Source: Mobula hypostoma (taxonomy: Eukaryota). Taken from it: DNA of 64,000 nt. The stretch lies in the NCBI RefSeq assembly GCF_963921235.1, contig NC_086107.1, positions 109,308,001 to 109,372,000 of the forward strand, in the 5' to 3' direction. Positions 39,333 through 50,371 of this stretch are shown in pieces. The notes beneath the pieces are model-generated. The model searched no databases and was not told the origin of the DNA. It saw only the letters and a program-made list of their open reading frames with translations. Positions within the stretch are counted from its first letter, which is position 1, and each line of letters opens with the position of its first letter. The position numbers and the translations under genes were made by a program.

Positions 39333-39510
39333 GTGCGTGGGGAGCGCGTCAGAGATGGGGATTAGACGAACCACGTCCTCTTAACAGAAAAACAAACAAA
39401 CTACGTACACTCAGGGACCTTAGGAATATTGATGTATGGCAAAGTTGGGGTGTTGGTCCATAGCTCCCTGACAGTTGAGACCCGGGTAGGGCATTGAAAG
39501 CATTTGATAT

Positions 39511-40095
39511 ATTCTCAGTGGCTACGTTCTGTTAGACACCCCCTGTACCTAATAAAGTGGCCACTGAGTGCAGGGACATGGCTTTCTGCTACTGTAGCCT
39601 ATTCAGTTCAAGTTCTGACATGTTGTGCATTCAGAGATGCTCTTCTGCACGCCACTGTTGCAACGTGTGGTTATCTGAGTTATTGTCCCCTTCCTGTCAG
39701 CTTGAACCAGTCTGCCCATTCTCCTCTGACCTCTCTCATTAACAAGGTGTTTTCGCCCACAGAACTGCCGCTTACTGGGCATTTTGGTTTTTTGTTTCTC
39801 ACGCCGTTCTCTGTAAACTCCGGAGTCTGTTCTGCACAATAATCCGAGGAGATCAGTAGTTTCTGAGATACTCCAGCCACCCCATCTGGCACCAACAATC
39901 ATTTCCTGGTCAAAGTCACTTAGATCACATTTCTTCACCATTCTTCCCCATTGTTGTTTAGACCAGTTTGGTCTGAACAACAGCTGAACCTCTTGACCAT
40001 GTCTACATGCTTTTATGCATTGACTTGCTGCTACATGATTGGCTGATGAGATATTTGGATTAACGAGCAGGTGTACAGGTGTACCCAATAAAGAC
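39511..40095 (-). mobile_element. Tc1 derivative
   Basis: ORF 39603..40148 contains Tc1 N-terminal region through 'RGQRRMGRLVQADRK'. Confidence 0.8.
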
Positions 40096-40389
40096 GGTAT
40101 GTTTGAAAATTGAAATAATATCAGAAAATGCTGGGGATGCTCAAACAAAAGGTCATAGACTTGAAGAATTAACTCAGCTTCTCTCTCTACAGATGCTGCC
40201 TGACCATCTGAACACTCAAATCATTTTGATTTCAAATGTCCTTATAATGTCAGATAATTTATAATTGACTCACAAGTAACTTTATTTATTTATTTAATGT
40301 TACCATTAGCATGCCGGGAAGCTCTCTTGCCTTGAAGTCAGAATATTGTAAGTTCAAATCCCAGTACAGCAACATTGGTTTAAATATCT

Positions 40390-41140
40390 CCCTCCTCACT
40401 AAAAGTGCTACATCTGTCCGTAAGCCTCCTCCCTCACCTCCATTCAGAGCCCCAAACTGTCCTTACAGGTGAGGCAACACTTCACCTGTGAATTCACTGG
40501 TGTTGTCTATTGTGTCCAGTGCTCCCAATGTGGCCTCTCTACATTGGTGAGACCTGTCATAAATTGAGGTGTCGCTTCAAGCACCATTCACCATATCCAC
40601 CACAAACGAGACTTCCTGATGGCCAAACATTCCAATTCCATTTCCCATTCCAGTTCTGACATTTTGCTCGATGGTCTTCTCTTTTGGCAAGATGAGGCCA
40701 CACTCAGGTTGGAGGAGCAACATCTTATATTCCATCTGGGTAGCCTCCATCCTGATGGCATGAACATCGACTTCTCTTGGTTTAAAAAATAAAGTTTCCA
40801 CCTCGCCCCTTCCGCTCTCTGGCCTCTTATCTCTTCTCACCTACCTATCACCTCCCCCTGAGTCCCCTCCTCCTTCCCTTTCTCCTGTGGTCCACTCTCC
40901 TCTCCTATCAGATTTCTTCCTCTCCAGCCCTTTTACCTGTCCAGCCCACCCTGACTTCACCCATCACCTTCTAACTTTCCTCCTTACCCTGCTGCCCCCT
41001 CCCACCTTTTCATTCTGGCATCATCCCCTCCCCTTCTCAGTCATGAAGAAGAGTCTCGGCTCAAATCGTCGACAGGTTATTCATCTCCATAGATGCTGCC
41101 TGACCTGCTGAGTCCCTCCAGCATTTTGTGTGTGTTGCTT
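40390..41140 (+). mobile_element. PLE family 1 fragment including frameshifted GIY-YIG motifs
   Basis: Reads 'FTCEFTGVVYCVQCSQCG / YIGET ... PDGMNIDFS', then degenerate hammerhead at ~41039-41073. Confidence 0.75.
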
Positions 41141-42444
41141 TGGGGAGACCGATTTAATTCCTTACAAATATTGACGTATAATGCCTATTTCTTAATGTTA
41201 TTTGGTCGTTGTCAATCTGTCGTTAGCAGGATCTTGCTGTGTGTAAGTTTGATGGTTGTAGTTCCCATGAGTCTCACATCAATAGTACTTCCTTCTTATT
41301 TCTTTTTCTTTATTCCACTCACCCTGCTCATGGAGGAGGCTACATAGCATTCACTCCAGGACCACCAGACTCAAAACCAGTTCCTTTCCCCAAGCAGTGA
41401 GGCTGATCAACACCTCCACCCACTGACTCCACCACTACTTTATTATTTCCTGTCGGTCACCTTATGTACAGCCCACTGTCACTCTATGGACACACAATCA
41501 ATCTATGTATGTAAGCTATCTTATGTATTTATATTTACTGTTTTTTTTTCATTATTATTGTGTTCTTTATCGTGTGTGTGTGTGTGTGTGTGTGTGTTTT
41601 TGTTTTGTGCTGCACCAGATCCAAAGTAACAATTATTAGATTAGATTATGAGGACACTCAGTCCTCGTTTATTGTCATTTAGAAATGCATGCATTAAAAA
41701 ATGATACCATGTTCCTCCAGGCTGATATCACAGAAACACAGGACACACCAAGACTAAACCTGACAAAACCACATAATTATAACATATAGTTACAACAGTG
41801 CAAAGCAATACCGTAATTTGATAAAGAGCAGACCATGGGCACGGTAAAAAAAAAAGTCTCAAAGTCCCGATAGCCTCATCATCTCACACAGACGATAGAA
41901 GGGAGAAACTCCCTACCATGAACCTCCAAGCGCAGCAAACTTGCCGATGCAGCACCATTGGAAGCCCGACTGCGGCGGACTCTGAGTCCGTCCGAAAACT
42001 TGGAGCCTCCGACCAGCGCCTCCGACACAGCCTCTCCGAGCACCATCCTCTGCCGAGCGCTTTGACCCCGCCCCGGCTGCCAAGCAACACTTGCGTGCAG
42101 GAAATAACACTGAACAATCTTGAAACTTTAGAGACGTGCCACTGTAACGACGAGGCCACGCCATCCAATTACACCCATGACCAATTAACCTACTATCCGT
42201 TACGTCTTTGGACTGTGGGAGGAAACCGGAGCACCCGGAGGAAACCCACGCGGTCACTGGGAGATTCTACATTCTTCTTACAACGCACACAAAATATTGG
42301 AGGAACCCGAACATTTTTTTCAGTGTTGTCTTAGATTTCCAGCATCTGCAAAATGTCCTTGTTCCTATGATTTGAAATTCCACAACAGACAGTGGCGGGA
42401 ATTGAACTAGCTCGCCGGCGCCGTGATAGCGCTATCTAGCAGTG

Positions 42445-42930
42445 GTTGAGTTGAGTTGTTCTCCGATCTTGGCAATTTACTTGCACATGTTGCATCACCA
42501 TGTAAGGAGATGTTGTCAGTGTTGAATGCTTGGCCTTTATATACTTATCCAGCAGCTGATCGGACGTCATTACAGAAACTCATTTGTGATGTGGGGAGCA
42601 AATCTTCTCGCTGATTGGTTGTCGGGCGAACTTCGTGCGTTGAGGTCTGGAATTTTGCCCTCATTGCCTCATAAACAGATCAAGGTCTACGTGTTTGTTC
42701 ACAGAATTATTCGTGGAAAATCATGCTTCTGGGAACTGCGGTTCTGAAAACTAAGTTTTCAGGACTTGAGTTTCCGAAATGACCTCCAATCAGCTGATTG
42801 AGAAGTCTATAAAGGCCAAACGTTCGGAGGACGCACCACAATTAACAGCGCACTGACGATGCTTCCTTGCATTGTGACGAAACGTTTGCAAGTAAGTTGC
42901 CAAGATCTTGTGTGTGACAACTCAACCTGA
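42445..42930. mobile_element. PLE family 2 short fold-back derivative
   Basis: Inverted ~150-bp arms homologous to 53585-53790; hammerhead-like motif at 42850-42889. Confidence 0.65.
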
Positions 42931-43159
42931 CCATCAGCCACCCGAGCCACACATGCAATGCAATGCCCTGGCAAGAAAGGAGATTTATTTCAGATCAGCT
43001 TTCTGTCTCCTGAATCCCAGAAAATGTGACCTGATGTTACTTACTACAACACAGGCCACTCGCCCCTCCATGCCCATGCTGGCCCTCAGCAGAGTAGCCC
43101 ATCTGTCCCATACCCTCTCTTCGTATTTCTCTCCACCCCTTTAACACCGTACAACCGTA

Positions 43160-43915
43160 ACATATAAGAGCAGAATTAGGCCATTCCGCTCATCTAGTCT
43201 CCACCGTTCAGTCATGACAGCTTTGTTTTCAACAACCTTCTCCCCATAACACTTAAAAACCCCCCACCACCAATCAAAAACCTATCAACCTCAACCTTAA
43301 TTCCTGCCGCTGCCCGTAAGGAGTTTGTACGCTCTTCCCGGGACCGTGTGGGTTTCCTCCGGGTGCTCCGGTTTCCTCCCACAGTCCCAAAGACACGCTG
43401 GATGATAGGTTAATTGGTCATTGTAAATTGCCCTGCAATTAGGCTCGGATTTAATCGGGGGTTGCTGGGTGGCGTGGCTCGAAGAGCCGGGAGGGTCTAT
43501 TCTGCACAGTGTCTCAATCAATCAATCAACAAACAAACCCAGTGACCTGAGCTCCAAAGCCCTCTGAGACAATGAATTCCACGGATTCACCACCCTCTCA
43601 CTAAAGAAGTTCTTCCTCGCCTCCGTTCTAAAGGGACCCCCCCCCCCTTTATTCTGAGTCTGTGTCCTTGGTTCTGAGTCCTTCCGATTAATGGGAATGT
43701 CTGTCCACTCTGTCCAGTCTTTAAATATTCTGTAGGCTTCATTGAGATCCCCCACATGCTTCTGAACTCCATAAGAGTACAAGCCCTAGACATCAAACAC
43801 TCCTCAAATGCCAGCCTTTTCGTTCTTCTGAGCTTCCCCTGGGCTCTTTCCAATGCCAGCACATCTTACCTTAAATAAGGAGCCCAAAACTGCTCCCAGT
43901 ACTCCAAGTGAGGTC
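43160..43915 (-). mobile_element. CR1 3' fragment with V-SINE insertion; further CR1 pieces at ~1572, 3968, 19665, 22440, 25430, 26577, 54330, 55440, 56150
   Basis: CR1 ORF2 C-terminal motifs and 3' tail. Confidence 0.75.
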
Positions 43916-44838
43916 TGACGTTTCAGAGCGAAGTGATGTGAAAACGTAACGCTCTCGCAGTGAGATGTGCTGGAGGCCATTTCTGGGTGGTGTCGCCACC
44001 CTTTCCTCCCGCAGACGTTAGACCAGGCGCTTATTGGCGAGGATCTGGCTTGTGTGTCTGTCCCATTTCCCGATCGTTCAGGTCCTCAGCAGCACTCCCG
44101 TAACCTGAATCATAGAGACAGAAGGTAGCGGATGCTGGAATCTGGAGCGGCAACTGATCCGATGGAGGAATCAGTCCTGACGCAATAAGTGAACAACTCC
44201 GTCCCCCGCTCTGACCAGTTCCTCCAGCAGGTCAACAGTTGCCTCTTGAGCAAAGCTATCCTTCTGACCATCCAGCAGGCCCAAGAGGACACACCGGAAC
44301 CCCTCAGTCAGTATCATCAGAACCAGTCACTTCAATGGTCCTGTTTAATATCAGAGAATGTATACAGTATACAACCTGAGATTCTTACTCATCACAGACA
44401 TCCACAAAACAGAGAAAAAAAACACAAAGAACGAATAACAGAAAAAAAACACAAGATCCCTAAAGCCCTCTCCCCCTCCCAGACACATGCAGTAGCATCA
44501 GCCCCTCCCTCTTTCCCCCACCCTCACTAATTCCATTAGAAAGCATCAACCCTCCCCATCACCATGTAAGCAACATTAAAGCCCCCAAAGAGAGGCCATG
44601 ATCTATGGTCCATCGAAAACCACTCTTCCCTCAGGCTCCCTCTCTCTCACTAACAAGGGAGAGGGGCATTGCTCCTTCCACAGCGAGGGGTGGGGGAGAC
44701 AAACGGTCGCCGATTCGACGTTACAGTCTGTCTGCAGCGCCGCTCTTATTCCGAGCCCCCCAGCTCGAGCATTGGCCGCAAACTCTCTCCTGGTGTAAAG
44801 TAGAATCGCTCGCATCTGCTTCCTTCGTCTCGTTGTAG

Positions 44839-44907
44839 GATGAGTACGCTGCTGACCTGTACCACTTCGCCAGCAAAGAGGAGGAATACTCCAACTACTT
44901 TTACCTG
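44839..44907 (+). CDS. SH3BP1: SH3BP1-like exon 8 (DEYAADLYHFASKEEEYSNYFYL)
   Basis: TAG acceptor, CTG|GTAAG donor, 69 nt; 'DEYxADLYHF' is SH3BP1-like rather than ARHGAP17/44-like. Confidence 0.95.
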
Positions 44908-45439
44908 GTAAGCTAGAAAAACGGAACAACAATTCATTGAGTACGGGCCCTCGACATCAAACACTCCTGGGATGGGCTTTACCTCCTGATCCGAGTAGAG
45001 GGCGTCGAACTCAGTACAATTATCAATGAAAGATCACTTCAGGGTTGATATGAGGGATGGAATGGTGACGTAATGCTTTTTCAGTGCTGGGGATCAGCAA
45101 TGGGGGTTCCATTTCAGTGCTGTCCGTAAGGAGAATGGACGTTCCCCACCCCCCGACCACGAGGCTTTCCTGCGGTTTCCCCCCACACTTCAAAGGCGTA
45201 CCAGTTGGTCGGTTAGTTGGTCACATGGGTGTAACTGGACGGTGCGGGCCCACTGGGCCCAAAACTGAAATGTGGGAGGAAACTGGAGCACTTGGAGGAA
45301 ACCCGGAGGGTGCGTGCAAACTCCTTACAGACAGCGGTGGAAATTGAACTCGGGCCGCGGACGCAGTAATGGTGTTGCACTAATCTCTGCGCTGTCCTAG
45401 GTCCTGTTAATATAACTTCATTTTCTTCAACTTTTGAAG

Positions 45440-45530
45440 CTGATGGAGGCCCAGGCAGATTACCACAGGAGGTCGCTGGATGCTCTGGACACTCTGCTGC
45501 CGACACTGAAGACCAGCACCAACACACCAG
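45440..45530 (+). CDS. SH3BP1: SH3BP1-like exon 9, end of BAR domain (LMEAQADYHRRSLDALDTLLPTLKTSTNTP)
   Basis: AAG acceptor after T-rich tract, CAG|GTCAG donor, 91 nt; 'QADYHRRSL' motif. Confidence 0.93.
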
Positions 45531-46522
45531 GTCAGTAGACTCCGTCTAAAGGGATGGAGAGCACCCTTATCCAAGCTTCTCTTAAACGTTGTAATCACAC
45601 CCACATCCACCACTTCTGCTGGCAGCTCGTCCCATAACTGGGACCACCCTCCATGTGAGGAAGTTCCCTTTAAGCATTTGACCTTTCACCCTTGACCCTC
45701 TCACCTTCAGTGGAAAAAGCCAGCTTGTATTTACCCTATCTATCATCATCATTATGCGCTGTGTCGTATGACATGAGCGATCATGGTCTATCCATAGCCA
45801 CGATAGTTCTTGACAAATTTTTCTACAGAAGTGGTTGGCCATCGCCACCTTCTGGGCAGTATCTTTACAAGACGGGTGACCCCAGCCATTATCAATACTG
45901 TCCAGAGATTGTCTGCCTGGCGACAGTGGTCACATAACCAGGACTTGTGATCTGCACTGTCTGCTCATACGACCATCCACCACCTGCCCCCATGGCTCCA
46001 CCTGACTGGGGGGGGGGGCTAAGCAGGTGCTACACCTTGCCCAAGGGTGACCTGCAGGCTAGTGGAGGGAAGGAGCACCTCCTTTGGTAGAGACGTATCT
46101 CCACCCTGCCACCCAAACCTTATCCATACCCCTCATAATTTTGTCTCACCTCATTCTCCTGCGCTCCAGGAAACAAAGTCCTCACCTGTTCAACCTCCCC
46201 CTACAACTCGTGTCCTCAAGTCCGGGCAATGTCCTTGTAAATTTTCTTTGCACTCTTTCAGCCTTATTGATATCTGACACATCAATTGACTCAAGCACCC
46301 TTTGTCTCATGCATTCTCTCACACACTCGAAGCCTCGCTCTCCCATTCACACTAGAATGCTCTGTCACTGTCTTGCACACATCATTCTTCCAGTTTTGGG
46401 TGAACGGCCCGGGATGTTTGCTGGCCCCCCCCGCCCCCTGCCCCCGGCCGTCAGTCACATGTTAATGATGGTTCCTGCCTCTGCCCCATGCCCTTAATTC
46501 CCTGCCCTTTCTCTGTGAGAAG

Positions 46523-46650
46523 CCGTCAGCCCCAAGAACCCCGCCTTCGGACGCCCGCTGGAGGAGCACCTGGAGAGCCGTGGGCAGGACATCGCCCTCC
46601 CCATCGAGGCCTGCGTCATGATGCTGCTGGAGAAAGGGATGAAAGAAGAG
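46523..46650 (+). CDS. SH3BP1: SH3BP1-like exon 10, start of RhoGAP domain (VSPKNPAFGRPLEEHLESRGQDIALPIEACVMMLLEKGMKEE)
   Basis: 'IALPIEACVMMLL..GMKEE' motif; donor GAG|GTAGG; acceptor ambiguous (46520 or 46523, both in frame). Confidence 0.92.
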
Positions 46651-46834
46651 GTAGGATGAGGGGCGGGTGAAGAGCGAGAGAGCGAAATGAATGAGAAAGG
46701 TCACATGGGTGTAACTGGACGGTGTGGGCCCACTGGGCCCAAAACTGAAATGTGGGAGGAAACTGGAGCACTTGGAGGAAACCCGGAGGGTGAGTGCAAA
46801 CTCCTTACAGAGGAGTCCCCCCACCCCCCTGAGA

Positions 46835-47312
46835 GAGAGCAAGAGATTTTGCAGATGCTGGAAATCCAGAGCAACACACACAATATGCCGGAGGAACTCA
46901 GCTGGCCTCCTGGATGAACATTACTTTCTCTAACTTCCAGTAATTTCTCCCCTTTTCTCTTTTGTTTTTCATTCCCCCTTCTGGTTCTCTGCTCATCCCT
47001 TCTCCTCACCTCACCTCCCCTGGGTCCCCTCCTCCTTCCCTTTCTCCCATGGTCTACTCTCCTCTCCCATCAGATTCCCTCTTCTCCAGCCCCTTTCCTC
47101 TTCAAATTATCACCTCCCCAGCTACTCACTTCTTCCACCGCTCTCCCAGCCACCCACCTTTCCCCTCACCTGGCTTCTCCTCCCCCGCTTCTTAATCTGG
47201 CTTTTTACCCCTTTCCTTTCCAGTCCTGATGAAGGGTCTCCGCCCGAAATATTGACTGTTTATTACTCTCCATAGACGCTGCCTGACCTGCTGAGTTCCT
47301 CCAGCATTTTGT
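46835..47312 (+). mobile_element. PLE family 1 fragment preceded by an inverted copy of its tail
   Basis: Inverted tail 46835-46905, then sense body with hammerhead 47222-47257. Confidence 0.65.
47222..47257 (+). ncRNA. Sense-strand hammerhead motif variant
   Basis: AGUC-CUGAUGA-A-GGG(UCUCCG)CCC-GAAAU-AUU-GACU. Confidence 0.5.
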
Positions 47313-47669
47313 AGAAGTGAAGTGATTATTTTAAATAATTCATTCAAAGGAGTGTTGGCTTCGCAGACAGGGCAAATGTTTAATTGTCTGTCCCTACTTG
47401 TCCTTAAGAAGGTGATGATGAGCTACCTTTTTGAACCTCTGTTGTCTTTGAGGTGAGGTATTCCCACAATAATTAGGGAAGTGTTGCGCTTTGTGACTTC
47501 AGAACATTAAACTAATTCAAAAGAAGACTCGGGACTCCAAAATGTAAGTCTAACTTCAAGTTTACTTTAAGCGAGACGCTCACACATCACGTAGTAGCGT
47601 GATGGCGTGTGCGATTCATGTATTTTTACATATAATACATGAATTATTTAAACAAGAATGCTTAATCAA

Positions 47670-48640
47670 CATGTCTCAGGTAAATAGGGTCGTAAAGAAA
47701 GCTTTTGGCACGTTGGCCTTCATAAGTCAAAGTATTGAGTACAGGAGATGGGATGATATACTGAAGTTATATAAGACATTGGTGAGGGCTAATTTGGAGT
47801 ATTGTGTGCAGTGTTGATCACCTATCTACAGGAAAGATGTAAATAAAGTTGAAAGAGTGCAGAGAAAATTTGCAAGGATGTTGCCCAGTCTGGAAGACCT
47901 GAAATATAAGGGAAGATTGGATAGGTTAGGACTTTATTCCTTGGAACGTAGAAGATTGAGAGGAGATTTGATAGAGGTAAACAAAATTATGAAGGGTATA
48001 GATAGGGTAAATGCAAGCAAGCTTCTTCCACCGAGGTCAGGTGGGACTAGATCCAGAGGTCATAGGTTCGGAGTGAAAGATGAGAAGTTTAAAGGGAACA
48101 TGAGGAGAAACTTCTTCACCCAGAGGGTGGTGAGAGTGTGGAATGAGCTGTCAGCACGTGGTGCGTGCGAGCTCGATTTCAACGTTTAAGAGAAGTTTGG
48201 ATAGGTACAAGGATGGTAGGGGTATGGAGGGTCATGGTCCCGGTACAGATCGATGGGAGTATTTATAGGCACCTGTTAGTCTCGTGAGACCATGGATTTG
48301 CGCCTTGGAAGGTTTTCAGGGCGCAGGCCTGGGCAAGGTTGTATGGAAGACCGGCAGTTGCCCATGCTGCAAGTCTCCCCTCTCCACGCCACCAATGTTG
48401 TCCAAGGGAAGGGCATTAGGACCCATACAGCTTGGCACCGGTGTTGTCGCAGAGCAATGTGTGATTAAGTGCCTTGCTCAAGGACACACACGCTGTCTCA
48501 GCCAAGGCTCGAACGCACGACCTTCAAATCACTAGACGAACACCTTAACCACTTGGCCACGCGCCAACACTATTGATGGGAGTAGGCAGTTTAAATGGTT
48601 TGGCACTGACTAGATGGGCCAAAGGGCCTGTTTCTGCAAC
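47670..48640 (+). mobile_element. CR1 LINE 3' fragment with SINE insertion
   Basis: ORFs 47599..47817 and 47857..48189 carry CR1 motifs. Confidence 0.88.
48262..48574 (-). mobile_element. tRNA-derived SINE (family S, subfamily b) inside a CR1 3' UTR
   Basis: 10-bp TSD GATGGGAGTA (48252-48261 / 48575-48584). Confidence 0.85.
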
Positions 48641-48876
48641 CTAACATAGGTATAGGAACAGTAATTTATTTCCAAGTCAGGATCATGCGTACTTGTCTAT
48701 TTAAGGTTCTGGAAGTGTGGCAACACCCCAGTACATACCTCGCTGATTTAATATGATGCAAAATGATGCATTTCACTCTAACTTTCAATGTATATGTGAG
48801 AGATAAAGCTAATCTATGAATTAAATAGTGAGTATTGAGGAAAATGCAAAGAAAGATCGAGATGATTTAGACTAGT

Positions 48877-49310
48877 TGTCAAAACATTCAGTTATGGCAA
48901 AAGTGCCAGAGAGAGACGATGAAGCGGGTGGACAGTTCACTGACTTTAACAAGAACTGTTGCAGAATTTAAAGGAAAGCAGTAAACACTCAGCCAACAGG
49001 CAGTTAACTAAAGCTTCAAACTAACCAAATACTAAATACTAACCAAATAACCAAATACTAAATGAATACAGCTCCTTCACAGCCTCAGTCAAAATGGTAG
49101 CCCACTTTCCCGGAGAAGGTAAGCAGGGAGTGTAAATGTTGCTGTGGTTTTGGTCAGGTGTCAACAGGACTGGATCAAAAAAAGAGTTAAATACCACCAT
49201 AATGGAACCATGATTCGCTCAGACTTGGTTACTCATGACGGAATTGCCAAGACTGTTGCAGGGGAATGTAGACCCCCCCCCCCACCACAGCAGAGCCCGT
49301 GGTTGTGACA
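48877..49310. mobile_element. Solo LTR A (434 bp)
   Basis: TGTCA...TGACA termini; 5-bp TSD CTAGT (48872-48876 / 49311-49315). Confidence 0.8.
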
Positions 49311-49350
49311 CTAGTGGAATCTGTGGGTAAATGTGAAGTTCATATTCAAA

Positions 49351-49780
49351 TGTCACAGCTGACCAGGTAGCTTGTTCAGTCGAACTTCCCTCACGCTGAA
49401 AGGTGGTGAACCGAATTGCAGGGAAAAGTCATGCAAAATGAGAGGAAAGAATCCAGCGAGGCTTTGCTGGATTCCTTAGCAGGCAAGGTATAAGCAGATC
49501 GTCCAAAAACAAACCTCACAGGCAAAGTCAAAATCCAAAACAAGAACATCAATTAGAGTTCCAGAAACTAGAGATTCCTACAAACAACAGCAAGGCTTCA
49601 CTTACAAAAGATAACTCCAAGAGTGAGCAAAGATAAAAGGGACGAACAACTTATTTTGGGCTACAAACAAGGCGCAGGTGGTAACAATGAACGAATGATT
49701 AGCCTAATGGGTAGGTTAGCGGTAAAGGGGTTGGCCTTCTCATCTCTGTCTCCCTCTGGTGGTCAGTTTGAGGTATGACA
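49351..49780. mobile_element. Solo LTR B (430 bp)
   Basis: TGTCA...TGACA termini; 5-bp TSD TCAAA (49346-49350 / 49781-49785). Confidence 0.8.
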
Positions 49781-49951
49781 TCAAAAGGACAGGCACAGGC
49801 TGTGCATTTGCAATTAAGGCTACTGATATGTTGGTGAGATCACACACCAACATACAGTTTTGCTTGTTTTATCTAATGTGATGCATGAAGATTTTTTAAA
49901 TCTTTGTTTATGACTGATGCTGTCTCCATAATGCTCTTCCAATTTCTGCAG

Positions 49952-50063
49952 GGCCTGTTCCGACTGGCAGCTGCAGCTTCTGTTCTGAAGCGTTTAAAAT
50001 CCGCGCTGGACAGTGGTTCCTTTGACCCGCAGGAGTTTAATTCAGACCCACATGCCGTGGCGG
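49952..50063 (+). CDS. SH3BP1: SH3BP1-like exon 11, arginine finger (GLFRLAAAASVLKRLKSALDSGSFDPQEFNSDPHAVA)
   Basis: TGCAG acceptor, G|GTAAG donor, 112 nt; catalytic Arg codon CGA at 49961-49963 intact. Confidence 0.96.
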
Positions 50064-50371
50064 GTAAGAAGTTTTCCGGCACGGATTTTACGGGGGTTCT
50101 CTTGTCTGCACCTTACAGTAGCCTTGCTGTAGTTGGTCGGAGACTTTTGACGGGATGGTGTGTAGAAATGATCCCTTCTGCCCCTTGCCGCCAATCAGCG
50201 TTGCCGCGCGCAGCAAGGCTGGCGGTGCAGCGGGTAGTGCTGCTGCCTCACAGCTCCCCGCCCTAGTCCAGGTTCAATGCCGACCTCGGGGGCTGCCCGT
50301 GACTGTGATACCCTCTGGCTTCTACCCACACCCCAAAAGCATGCAGGATGATGGGTCCATTGGTGTTTAGA

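Noticed and set aside
39603..40148. Possible intact Tc1 transposase
   Set aside because: Only the N-terminal HTH region is present; no DDE catalytic domain
47482..47671. TGTTG...CAACA segment resembling a small solo LTR
   Set aside because: No TSD (GGAAG vs TGTCT) and single copy in window
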